A stretch of DNA of 41,649 nucleotides from a virus. A program made the translations under genes and the position numbers. Positions 1-8,717 of the stretch are shown here, in pieces. The stretch's first letter is position 1. The number at the start of each line of letters is the position of its first letter. Location of the stretch: IMG/VR virus record IMGVR_UViG_3300029452_000003. One strand, 5' to 3'. Under the pieces are notes generated by a model. It did not search any database. It had not been told where the DNA came from and saw only the letters and a list, made by a program, of their open reading frames with translations.

Positions 1-89
1 CGAGCTACCGTCCGAGTCTCCGCAACGCCCATAAACGAATTATGGCCGAAGTTCCTTTGTATAAAGGAATTTCGACCATTTGTAGTTGC
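1..89. repeat. Terminal direct repeat, left copy (identical to 41561-41649)
   Basis: Compared base by base: 1-89 equals 41561-41649. Contains two small palindromes (29-45 ccataa/ttatgg; 52-69 ttccttt/aaaggaa). Confidence 0.95.
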
Positions 90-167
90 GGAGGCAGGAT
101 TGAGCTGCTATTGCTGATATATTCTACCCTCTTGAGGCAATAGCTTTGGTTATACATTATTGCATTA

Positions 168-602
168 TCAATGGTCTCTATTCTGTCCATATTGCAGGAC
201 CATGTCAAGCCTCGCACCAAGTTCAGCATTGACATTTTTTAAATCTTCTATGCGCTGGTTCTTCTCCTCTATGAGCATTTTCAGAGCTTTTACCTCAGCC
301 TTTAACGACGTCACATCGGTATTTACATAGCTACTATTAACCACATTATAGTGTCCGTTTATAGTAGGTACGTCCGACGTACTGTCCGACTTTATTAAGA
401 TATCCTCTATTGAACATCCCAAGACTTCAGCCATTCTCACCAATGTTGAGACTTTGACATCTGGTCGAGCATCAAAGTATGTTATAGTATTGTGCGTCTT
501 GGCTCCCCAAAGACTCTTACTAAACTCACCAATACTAATACCTGCTCGCTCAAGCAGTTCTCTCACTCTTTCGCTTTTTACCGTATTATTTTCGTACCTC
601 AT
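168..602 (-). CDS. XRE/Cro-CI family HTH repressor-like protein with C-terminal coiled coil
   Basis: N-terminal HTH_3-like segment (VRELLERAGISIGEFSKSL...VSTLVRMAEVLGCSIEDIL). C-terminal heptad-like region (LKAEVKALKMLIEEKNQRIEDLKNVNAEL). Divergent from the early + strand genes and adjacent to the integrase across the repeat. Confidence 0.75.
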   Translation of the reverse strand: MRYENNTVKSERVRELLERAGISIGEFSKSLWGAKTHNTITYFDARPDVKVSTLVRMAEVLGCSIEDILIKSDSTSDVPTINGHYNVVNSSYVNTDVTSLKAEVKALKMLIEEKNQRIEDLKNVNAELGARLDMVLQYGQNRDH

Positions 603-620
603 ACTTAATAAAGGTTAAAT

Positions 621-657
621 CCTACTTTGTTAAGGGTTAAAATCTCAACAAAGTAGG
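621..657. promoter_or_regulatory. Operator-like inverted repeat in the divergent repressor/early intergenic region
   Basis: cctactttgtt (621-631) and its exact reverse complement aacaaagtagg (647-657), 15 bp apart. They sit between the - strand repressor start (602) and the + strand gene at 724. Each arm contains a TTTG -7-like core. Confidence 0.5.
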
Positions 658-677
658 TATTAGTCCATTTTTGTTTA

Positions 678-685
678 TATCTTTG
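678..685 (+). promoter_or_regulatory. Bacteroidota-type -7 promoter box (TATCTTTG)
   Basis: Exact match to the TAnnTTTG consensus, about 39 nt upstream of the ATG at 724. Confidence 0.45.
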
Positions 686-723
686 CAGCAAAGTTAGACA
701 CTTAAAACGATATAAACAAGCAA

Positions 724-942
724 ATGGAACAGATTTTCGATTCATTGTACCTGGAGGGTTATTTTGCTAACCTTTCAAAAAAAGAAAAAGGCAGATACCT
801 TAGACACCTGATGGTTACATACGATTTGAACTATAACACCATCCGACGTAAGCTATCTGGAGTCGCAGCTTACCAACTTAACACTCTCGAGCGCATGGCT
901 TGCACGGAGGCTATAAAAAAAGAGGATTTATGGCGATACTAA
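724..942 (+). CDS. Small early protein (72 aa), function unknown
   Basis: ORF downstream of a -7 box, divergent from the repressor. This is the position expected for a Cro-like or early regulator. No motif recognised. Confidence 0.45.
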   Translation: MEQIFDSLYLEGYFANLSKKEKGRYLRHLMVTYDLNYNTIRRKLSGVAAYQLNTLERMACTEAIKKEDLWRY

Positions 943-1463
943 AATCTTTAGAGTTTTTCGTTACGCCGGACGGCTTTGTTTACTACAAGAAGCCTGGCGA
1001 AGAGTCAAGACGACTCACAAAGCTCAACACCGATATTATTGACGAGCTGCACAATGTCATCAAGACGAGGTTCCCAGAGGGATACGCAGCACTTGCTAAG
1101 CTATATCGCCGTAATACCTTCAAGATGGTTGAGCGTTTCGTGCGTTGTAACTTCGGCGAACATGATTTGCTGACTCAAGACATCGAGCACGATATCTTGC
1201 ACTTTGAAGAGGTTCGATGCCCACTACGCGGCATGTGTGAGTTCGAGCGAGTGATATGTCGGCCTAAGACAATGGTCAACCTCTCAAAATGCGAACGAGA
1301 GATTGCCGACCTCTACCTCGAGGGACTTACATTTACACAAATCGCCGAACGGCTCGGCAAAAATGCACATACTGTCAAAGTGCAGCTCATGCGCATCAAG
1401 GTCAAATGTGGCGTTAGCCATTGCCGCGATATCATTAGGGTTTTACGTCTTAACAACTACTAA
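930..1463 (+). CDS. Transcription regulator with C-terminal LuxR/GerE (sigma-70 region 4-like) HTH
   Basis: C-terminus LSKCEREIADLYLEGLTFTQIAERLGKNAHTVKVQLMRIKVKCG is a LuxR-type HTH pattern. The start was chosen at MAILK (930), overlapping the upstream stop. The ORF track allows 900. Confidence 0.65.
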   Translation: MAILKSLEFFVTPDGFVYYKKPGEESRRLTKLNTDIIDELHNVIKTRFPEGYAALAKLYRRNTFKMVERFVRCNFGEHDLLTQDIEHDILHFEEVRCPLRGMCEFERVICRPKTMVNLSKCEREIADLYLEGLTFTQIAERLGKNAHTVKVQLMRIKVKCGVSHCRDIIRVLRLNNY

Positions 1464-1572
1464 GTGGTTCTGATCTGCGACACATGCAAGCATAAGCGCA
1501 ACTGCATTAACGGACGCTTTTGCCTAATTAAAAACAAATATGTTGAATACCTTAACATAGAGAAATGCGAAT

Positions 1573-1902
1573 ATGATAACAATAGAACAATACATAAAGC
1601 ATATCGATAATCTGAAGGAGATGGGCGTGCTGTCTGAGGACTTTCACATTATCCAATATAAAGATGGCTGTCTTCTTGGTGTAAATGGTAAGTGCGAGGC
1701 TTTTGAGGACAAACCTCTTGACTTTAAGGACTACGTCTGGTGGATAGACGGTTGGGCTTTTCGCCCGGACTCTGATGCGCGGATAAGGCCCATTGTTACT
1801 TTTGATGATGATGGCGCACTTGAGCTTAGGGATGCCCCCTTTTTCAGCAAGTTTATTGCTCCGCTGTGTTTTGGAGACAATGTCTTTCGAAAACGAAAAT
1901 AA
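1573..1902 (+). CDS. Hypothetical protein (109 aa)
   Basis: ORF in the early operon immediately upstream of the primase-helicase. No motif recognised. An alternative start is at 1621. Confidence 0.45.
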   Translation: MITIEQYIKHIDNLKEMGVLSEDFHIIQYKDGCLLGVNGKCEAFEDKPLDFKDYVWWIDGWAFRPDSDARIRPIVTFDDDGALELRDAPFFSKFIAPLCFGDNVFRKRK

Positions 1903-1972
1903 TGTGTGATATCGTGTTTTGTGGCAATCAAGCGTTGCCACTATCTTTGCACAGAGAATAAACCCAAGCGAA

Positions 1973-4891
1973 ATGATTACAGTAGAACAAATATTAAACG
2001 CAACAAACGGAGGTTTGGACATTATATTGTCCATATATCCGCAGGCGCGTGACTGCGTACACCAGAAGAACAAGCACTTCTCTATACGCAACGAGCGTAC
2101 ACCGTCGGCCTCTTTACGACAATTCAACTCGAAAAGGTATGGCGCGATTTGGCAGGTCACGGACTTTGGCGGCGAAGGTCGTGGCGAAAATGCCATAGAC
2201 ATCTTTATGCGCGAGAATGGCTATGACCGCTCACGCTTCAATGAGGCGATACTGAAGCTGGCGGCACAGTTCGACATACGCGATGAACTTGACCGTTCCG
2301 TGAACCGTCCGGAGATTCGCCAGCGGGAGGCTCGTGCCGACGAAAAAGACGGTACACGCTCCTTCGAACTCAACGAGAAATTTACAGACGCAGAACTTAA
2401 GGTTCTTGGCCCGAAGGTTACCCAAACTGATGTTGATGCGTTGCACTGGCACTCCGTCAAATGGATTACCAACGTTAAGGACCGCAAGGTTACTGTCAAG
2501 TATTCTACCGAGCACTATCCTATCTTCATGCGCGAGTGTGTTATCAAAGAGGCTGTGGGCGACCAGCCGGAAGAGAAATTCTATAAGGTTTATGAGCCTT
2601 ACAACTGCGATAAAGGCTTCCGTTTCTCGTACACGCCTGCAGGTGCCAAGCCGCGCTTCTACATTAACGGGCTTGCGGAGCTCAAGAAGGCATACCGTGA
2701 CTTCAATGCCAAGGAAGAGAAAGAGTGGAACGCAGCACACGAGGACGGCAAACCGTACAAAGAGCAGAAGTTGCCCGAAGCGGTAATCTGCTCTGGTGAA
2801 CGCGACTCGCTTTGCTGCAAGTCCATGGGCTACTTTCCTCTGTGGTTCAATTCCGAGACCTATCAGCTCTCAGTCGACGAGTATAAGGAGATAATGAAGT
2901 ACGTCGAGATACTCTACAATATACCCGATATCGACGAGACGGGTCGTCGCAAAGGCAGGGAGCTTGCACTGCGCTTTATCGACATACATACCGTATGGCT
3001 CCCAGAGAAACTGCAAACATACAAGGACAACCGAGGCAAACCTCGCAAGGATCTGCGCGACTGGCTCGAGATACACAGTGAGCGTAAGGATTTCCGTAAT
3101 CTGCTAAGAGTGGCCATGCCGGCAAAGTTCTGGGTGCAATACTACACCAAAGAAGGCAAGATGAAAACGGAGGTGGATACAGCCTGCCTTTATAATTTTC
3201 TACAACTTAACGGCTTCTATGCTCTCCATGATGACAACTCTGCAGTGACGCAGTTTATACGCGTAGAGGGTAACACTGTGATGCGCGTCAATGTAAAAGA
3301 GATACGTGAGTTCATCCGGCGATGGGTTGTTGATAGATTCGAGGACCGTAACATCCTCAACCTGGTGCTCAATACTACTAAGCTATCTCCTGCAGCTCTT
3401 GAGTCGTTGCAAGAGATTGACCTGGACTTCACCAATTACACTCCAGACTCGCAGTTCTTCTTCTTTGCTAACAAGACTGTCGAGGTGTGCGTGCCTACTG
3501 TATCTTGTCCGAATGGGTTGAAGGAGTATGATCCAGGTGCAGATAGCTTACACAACTTCGTTTGGGAAGAGAGCGTCATTCCTCATAGATACAAGGCTTT
3601 GCCTGATATGTTCCGCATTACGCGTAAAGAGGGTGACAATGGTCAAGCGTTGTTGGATATAGATATCCTTAACGTGAAGAGCAACTTCTTTGGCTATCTT
3701 ATCAATACCTCACGACTATACTGGCGCGAGGAAACGGAGGTTCCCTTCGGCGATGACCGCGAGGCTTCAGCGGCATACATCAAGGCTCATCCGTTCTGCA
3801 TTGATGGTGAGGGGCTGCAACCTTACGAGATAGCAGAACAAAAACAGAATCTCATCAATAAGATATTTACATTCGGCTACATGCTACATCGATACAAAGA
3901 TTATGCGCGCTGTTGGGCACCGATGGCCATGGACAACAAGATAGGCGAAGAAGATGAATGTAACGGACGCTCCGGCAAATCTTTCTTCTTCAAAACGCTC
4001 TCGTTCTTGGTTAATACGGTTAAGTTGTCCGGACGCAATCCGAAGCTTATGGACAATCCTCACGTTTTTGAGATGGTCAGCCAGTTTACAGGTATCCTGC
4101 TGATTGACGATTGCGACCGATATCTCAATCTTGGCCCGTTCTACGATAACATTACGAGTGATATGACGGTCAATCCGAAGAATAACAAAATATTCACTGT
4201 AAAGTTCGAGGATGCGCCTAAGCTTGCTTTTACCACGAACTATGTACCGCAGAACTTCGATCCGTCTACTGAAGCTCGCTCTCTGTATATGGTATTCTCC
4301 GACTGGTACCATCAGAAAACCGAGGATAATGATTATCGAGAGACAAGAGATATTCGTGCTGACTTCGGCAAGACTCTGTATGACTACGAGTATAGCGAGG
4401 ACGAGTGGAACGCCGACATTAACTTTTGGCTTCAGTGTTGTAGGTTTTACCTCTCACTTAAAGACTCTGGCTTAAAGCTGCAGCCACCTATGGCCAACAT
4501 GGTGAAGCGTCATCTTAAGGCTTCCATGGGCGCCAACTTCGAGGACTGGGCAGAAGGCTACTTCTCACCCGACGGCGAACATCTTGACGAATTCCTGCCA
4601 CGTGACGATGTCTTCAACGAGTATCAGCGCTTTGCTAACGTAAACCGAATAACAATGCAGGCATTCACCAGGAAACTCAAGTCGTTTTGCATACTATGTC
4701 CTTGGATTGACTGCATGAATCCGCCTGACCTCTGCAATACGGGCGGTCGAATACAGCGATCAGTGATGGTGGCACCAGACAAGCGCAAAACCAAGGACAT
4801 GATTTATATACGCTCTATCCCATTAGACACCAAAACGGACGCAACCGAACAAGACCTTTGTTTCTCAACAGAAGACGAGAAACCTTTCTAA
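1973..4891 (+). CDS. DNA primase-helicase (Toprim domain + P-loop NTPase, VirE/D5-like)
   Basis: Toprim signature (VICSGERDS ... NIPDIDETGR). Walker A NGRSGKSFF and Walker B GILLIDDCD in the C-terminal half. Start taken at MITVEQIL (1973); the ORF is open from 1919. Confidence 0.8.
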   Translation: MITVEQILNATNGGLDIILSIYPQARDCVHQKNKHFSIRNERTPSASLRQFNSKRYGAIWQVTDFGGEGRGENAIDIFMRENGYDRSRFNEAILKLAAQFDIRDELDRSVNRPEIRQREARADEKDGTRSFELNEKFTDAELKVLGPKVTQTDVDALHWHSVKWITNVKDRKVTVKYSTEHYPIFMRECVIKEAVGDQPEEKFYKVYEPYNCDKGFRFSYTPAGAKPRFYINGLAELKKAYRDFNAKEEKEWNAAHEDGKPYKEQKLPEAVICSGERDSLCCKSMGYFPLWFNSETYQLSVDEYKEIMKYVEILYNIPDIDETGRRKGRELALRFIDIHTVWLPEKLQTYKDNRGKPRKDLRDWLEIHSERKDFRNLLRVAMPAKFWVQYYTKEGKMKTEVDTACLYNFLQLNGFYALHDDNSAVTQFIRVEGNTVMRVNVKEIREFIRRWVVDRFEDRNILNLVLNTTKLSPAALESLQEIDLDFTNYTPDSQFFFFANKTVEVCVPTVSCPNGLKEYDPGADSLHNFVWEESVIPHRYKALPDMFRITRKEGDNGQALLDIDILNVKSNFFGYLINTSRLYWREETEVPFGDDREASAAYIKAHPFCIDGEGLQPYEIAEQKQNLINKIFTFGYMLHRYKDYARCWAPMAMDNKIGEEDECNGRSGKSFFFKTLSFLVNTVKLSGRNPKLMDNPHVFEMVSQFTGILLIDDCDRYLNLGPFYDNITSDMTVNPKNNKIFTVKFEDAPKLAFTTNYVPQNFDPSTEARSLYMVFSDWYHQKTEDNDYRETRDIRADFGKTLYDYEYSEDEWNADINFWLQCCRFYLSLKDSGLKLQPPMANMVKRHLKASMGANFEDWAEGYFSPDGEHLDEFLPRDDVFNEYQRFANVNRITMQAFTRKLKSFCILCPWIDCMNPPDLCNTGGRIQRSVMVAPDKRKTKDMIYIRSIPLDTKTDATEQDLCFSTEDEKPF

Positions 4892-4927
4892 TATTACTTT
4901 ATCATTTCGCTTTAATCTTCAATGGGT

Positions 4928-4975
4928 AGGCGGGCTGCAGGTTTTAAAGACCTATGCAGCCCGCCTTTGTTTTTA
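4928..4975 (+). terminator. Rho-independent terminator after the primase-helicase
   Basis: aggcgggctgca (4928-4939) pairs perfectly with tgcagcccgcct (4955-4966), followed by ttgttttt. Confidence 0.7.
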
Positions 4976-5091
4976 TCGCAAACTCGCTTGCATCATTAAC
5001 AGACTGTTCCATTCTTCCACATGTTTTTGTAGGCTCGACTCTCATGGTGGCCTTTTGCTCCCCGACACCCCTTTATTATTCTGTACAAAAA

Positions 5092-5350
5092 CTTTGTGAT
5101 TTTGTAATGTGATGTTCCAAAAAATCAAAAAGATAAGTAAATTAAGGGGTTACGGCTTGTTCACAAACTATCACAAAAGCCTTCACAACTTCATCACAAA
5201 AAAAATAAGTTTGCAACACCATTCGAGCCTTGTATTGGTGTCACATTCTTCAATGTGCAATCACAAAACGCAACACAAACTTTGTTTAAAGTCAAAACAC
5301 TGATAGCCATTCACTTAGCCATCATTATCATACAAATCACAACTTCACAA
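5092..5350. repeat. Iteron cluster (TCACAA repeats), putative replication origin or regulator-binding array
   Basis: TCACAA at 5161, 5171, 5183, 5194, 5261, 5337 and 5345. Variants at 5241 (tcacat) and 5274 (cacaaa). Inverted copies ttgtga (5094-5099) and tgtgat (5108-5113). All lie in a 617-nt ORF-free gap directly after the replication gene. Confidence 0.6.
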
Positions 5351-5464
5351 AATTTTCTTGCAACTTTATACTTAGCCGCACGTAAGGTAGAAGAAGGAGC
5401 GCACAGAAGACAGAATTATTAAGACTTTTATCCCTACAAAGTAGGTTTGTTGGTAAATTTTTCC

Positions 5465-5472
5465 TACTTTTG
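5465..5472 (+). promoter_or_regulatory. Bacteroidota-type -7 promoter box (TACTTTTG)
   Basis: TAnnTTTG match 37 nt upstream of the GTG start at 5509. A second match, TAGGTTTG, is at 5442-5449 inside the palindrome cctacaaagtagg (5433-5445). Confidence 0.4.
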
Positions 5473-5508
5473 TAAGGTAAACAAAATTTCATCTTAAACC
5501 AAGTATCT

Positions 5509-5994
5509 GTGTCAAAATATCTCGTCTACATCTCCTTCAAGCCGTTCATTGCTCAATGGCTGCGCCATCACTTCGGCGACCCTGTAGTATTCCCGGCTCA
5601 AAGCGCCGAGAATGCTTGCATCCGTCATTTTCTCACGCGCCAGCCTGGTTCGTTACCGCTGACACGTGGCGATGATGATGTTGCTATCTGCATCCCCGAC
5701 TCAAAGCAGAAGCCGGTCGTCACCTACAACTACCTTTCTGGCAATGCCCGCAAGGCTGTTGCCGAGTGCATCGAGGACACATTCAGGCTCCAGCTTTGGC
5801 GCGATCTCGCCGACATCGAGCTGTGCCAGTGCACACTACTCTCTGCTGTTAGAGCGTGGTGCGAGGCTAACGGCATAGATGTCGAGTACGACTACACGCT
5901 AAAGATGCGTTTCCAACGTATGCGTAACTCCTACCTCAAGCATGGTGTCGACCTCAGACGCAGATCTCGAGTGCGCGACAATAAAAACTGTTAA
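5509..5994 (+). CDS. Hypothetical protein (161 aa, GTG start)
   Basis: ORF with a promoter box upstream. No motif recognised. Confidence 0.5.
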   Translation: MSKYLVYISFKPFIAQWLRHHFGDPVVFPAQSAENACIRHFLTRQPGSLPLTRGDDDVAICIPDSKQKPVVTYNYLSGNARKAVAECIEDTFRLQLWRDLADIELCQCTLLSAVRAWCEANGIDVEYDYTLKMRFQRMRNSYLKHGVDLRRRSRVRDNKNC

Positions 5995-6079
5995 ATATTC
6001 TATAAATCACACGGATAAGATGCCCATTTTTGTTCGCGCCCGTTCGTCACTTATGTTCAACATATAAATATAGCTCTAT

Positions 6080-6493
6080 ATGAAGTCGATAAAGCTCGTT
6101 AAGTCTGTAGCTTATGCTTACAGCACCCAACTTGAAGGCTCGGTCCTCATCGCCAACCGCACCATCCGCATCCCATCCAACATCTTGTGGCGCTCAATTT
6201 GTGTCAAAGACCACCCGTCGATGGTCTCGTCAACCAAGACTGAGGATAAGAATAAGGTTGTCACCACCACTTTGAAGTTCCTGACGCCTGACGAATTGAA
6301 TATCAAGCGCCGTCATTTGGTGTTCAAGGTGACACTCATCGACGATCGTCAGTTTCTTGTTGGCTCCTCTGAGCGACCTTACCCGTCTGTAGAAATCACC
6401 GAGAACTGCCCCGATGCTGTCAAAGATAATCAGCTCAACGAGGTCGTTGTTACACACAAATCTCACGAGATACCCCCATATATTAAGGTATAG
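6080..6493 (+). CDS. Hypothetical protein (137 aa)
   Basis: ORF immediately upstream of the head protease. No motif recognised. Confidence 0.5.
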   Translation: MKSIKLVKSVAYAYSTQLEGSVLIANRTIRIPSNILWRSICVKDHPSMVSSTKTEDKNKVVTTTLKFLTPDELNIKRRHLVFKVTLIDDRQFLVGSSERPYPSVEITENCPDAVKDNQLNEVVVTHKSHEIPPYIKV

Positions 6494-6547
6494 CAGTATT
6501 TTGTACCACATACTTCTCAAGCTACCTTTGTCGTAAATATTTATCAC

Positions 6548-7666
6548 ATGGAATATAATCTCGTCATTTCAGGCACTATTGGCAGTTGGTGGAACGGTTG
6601 TTCTGCCGACTATGTCCGTTATGTGCTCAATAAGAATAGTGGTAAAGAAGTGCATGTCGGCTTCTGCTCACTCGGCGGCTTCGTTAAAGATGGCTTGGAG
6701 ATTAATCAGGCTTTCCGTGATCACGGCAACGTACACGCTCACGCCTTCGGCATGAACGCATCTATCAGCACTATCGCCATGCTTGGCTGCAAGACTATCG
6801 ACATCGTCAAGGGCAGCTTCTTCCTTATCCACAACGTGTCCACTCTCATCTACAAGTACGAGCAGAGCAACAAGGAGCAGATTGATGCTTTCGTGCGCAA
6901 GCTTCAGGCGCAGCGCGACTCGCTCAAGAACTTCGACGACGTGCTTGCCTCTATGTACGCCGACAAGACCGGCAAGTCTGTCGATGAGTGTCTCGCCCAG
7001 ATGAAGAAGGGCAACTGGCTCACCGCGCAGCAGGCTCTCGACTTCGGACTTGTCGATTCCATACGCGAAGACAAGGAGGCAGAGAAGGCTGCCAACGAGT
7101 TTACCGGACAATTTACAAACTCTTACAACATATCTCAATTTAAGGATGCAGGCATACCGCCACTACCTCAATCACTTGCCTCGGAAGACGCAGCAGCTCG
7201 TGTCGCGTCAGTGGTTGACGGTAGCGGCAATCCAACTCCGAGCTTCATCGAGAAGACGTGCGAAGGGCTCAAGAACCTCTTCCGTAACCAACACGCATCA
7301 AAAACTTCAAACAAAATGATTAAAATCTTTGCTTGCGTCATGGCATTGCTCAATGCCACTGACGGTTTCGCAACTAACGAGGATGGCAACATCACCCTCA
7401 CCCAGGAGCAGATGAAGAGCATCGACGATCGTCTTCAGGAACTTGAAGAGAAAGACAAGACTAACGCAAAGGCGGTGTCTGAAGCCGGCAAGGCTGTCAA
7501 GGAACTCAAGGATCAGCTCGCCAAGGCTCAGAACGAGTCCAAAGAGAAGGATGCTCAGATCGCAGCTCTCAAGGCCTCTGCTGGCACCACTACTGTTGAT
7601 AATCCTGCCAACAGCGAGGAGAGCTTCACTGCGCAGGACGTGTTTAACCTTATTAAAGATGTATAA
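6548..7666 (+). CDS. ClpP-like (S14) prohead serine protease fused to a coiled-coil scaffold-like C-terminal domain
   Basis: ClpP-type motifs GMNASISTIAMLG (Ser) and FLIHNV (His). The C-terminal ~100 aa are Lys/Glu-rich coiled coil (LQELEEKDKTNAKAVSEAGKAVKELKDQLAKAQNESKEKDAQIAALKA). Located directly upstream of the capsid candidate. Confidence 0.75.
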   Translation: MEYNLVISGTIGSWWNGCSADYVRYVLNKNSGKEVHVGFCSLGGFVKDGLEINQAFRDHGNVHAHAFGMNASISTIAMLGCKTIDIVKGSFFLIHNVSTLIYKYEQSNKEQIDAFVRKLQAQRDSLKNFDDVLASMYADKTGKSVDECLAQMKKGNWLTAQQALDFGLVDSIREDKEAEKAANEFTGQFTNSYNISQFKDAGIPPLPQSLASEDAAARVASVVDGSGNPTPSFIEKTCEGLKNLFRNQHASKTSNKMIKIFACVMALLNATDGFATNEDGNITLTQEQMKSIDDRLQELEEKDKTNAKAVSEAGKAVKELKDQLAKAQNESKEKDAQIAALKASAGTTTVDNPANSEESFTAQDVFNLIKDV

Positions 7667-7668
7667 CT

Positions 7669-8673
7669 ATGGCTTCTGTTAAAGTAGGCAATATTACATT
7701 CGGTGCTGAAGAGCTCTCAACGACTTTTCAGACCTACCGTTCAGACTTCCTCATGATGCCACTTCTCGCTCTCGGCGCACTTGCAGAACATTGCTCTGTA
7801 CGCACCGGCATCCGCTACCGCGAGACTGTTGGCGAGATGTCTGGCAATCTCGAACTCTCTAACTACCAGAAGACAAAGTATGAGGACGCAGCTGTAGATA
7901 TTACACCGCGTGTCTTCCAGACTTTCTTCGGCAACGTGGTGGCAGGTATCGATCCTAACGCTATCTATCAGAGCATTTGGGGCTCTAACGTTACTAAGGG
8001 CGACGGCCTGAAGAACGTGCCTATCGTCGTTCAGATCTGCGCATACCTTGCCAAGAAACTTGGCGAGAATATGTTCATGAACGCCTTCACCGCTAAGCAC
8101 GATCCCGCAGACTTCTCCAAGACTGCGAAGTGGTTCGACGGTTTCAAGACCGTCCTTGACAAGGACGCTGCCGGAACCAACGAGCTGCAGAAGGTGCTCA
8201 TCTCAACAACTCTCGGCAACCTCGTAGAGGGCGCAGAGTCTATCACCAAGGACAACGCCGAAGACATCATCAAGGAGTTCTACTGGAGTGGTACCGATGC
8301 TGCCGCTGCCAAGCTGCGCTCGCAGCCGCTCAAGCTCTTCCTCAGCGATCAGGCTTACCACTGCTACACCGAGTGCTATCAGGTCAACCATGGCTCGCTG
8401 CCGTACAACCAGAACTACGACAAGCGCACTCTTGAGGGCGCAAGCAACGTAGAACTTGTACCACTGGCTAACGTTCCTGCCGACTTCATGCTGCTCACTC
8501 CGAAGTCTAACATCTTCCTCGTGTTCAACCAGCAGACCGAAGACGAGAAGTTCCTCGTTGAGAAGTCGCTGAAGAATCACTATGATGTAGACTTCATCGC
8601 CAACTACTTCTTCGGCACGCAGTTCCAGAGCGTATCGCCCGAGGTTCTGCGCTACTGGCGCAAGAAGGCCTGA
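7669..8673 (+). CDS. Putative major capsid protein
   Basis: 334-aa ORF starting 3 nt after the protease/scaffold gene. Call rests on size and position only; no motif verified. Confidence 0.55.
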   Translation: MASVKVGNITFGAEELSTTFQTYRSDFLMMPLLALGALAEHCSVRTGIRYRETVGEMSGNLELSNYQKTKYEDAAVDITPRVFQTFFGNVVAGIDPNAIYQSIWGSNVTKGDGLKNVPIVVQICAYLAKKLGENMFMNAFTAKHDPADFSKTAKWFDGFKTVLDKDAAGTNELQKVLISTTLGNLVEGAESITKDNAEDIIKEFYWSGTDAAAAKLRSQPLKLFLSDQAYHCYTECYQVNHGSLPYNQNYDKRTLEGASNVELVPLANVPADFMLLTPKSNIFLVFNQQTEDEKFLVEKSLKNHYDVDFIANYFFGTQFQSVSPEVLRYWRKKA

Positions 8674-8717
8674 ACGAGGTCGCTAACATATTTGTTTAAC
8701 ATTAAAACTTATCATTT

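Noticed and set aside
5-235. 76-aa - strand ORF spanning the terminal repeat and the 3' end of the repressor gene
   Set aside because: It overlaps the repressor coding region in another frame and runs into the repeat/att region. No supporting features.
5109-5303. 64-aa ORF in the iteron region
   Set aside because: Its sequence (..HKSLHNFITKKISLQHH..CNHKTQHK..) is simply the TCACAA repeats translated. No promoter or start context.
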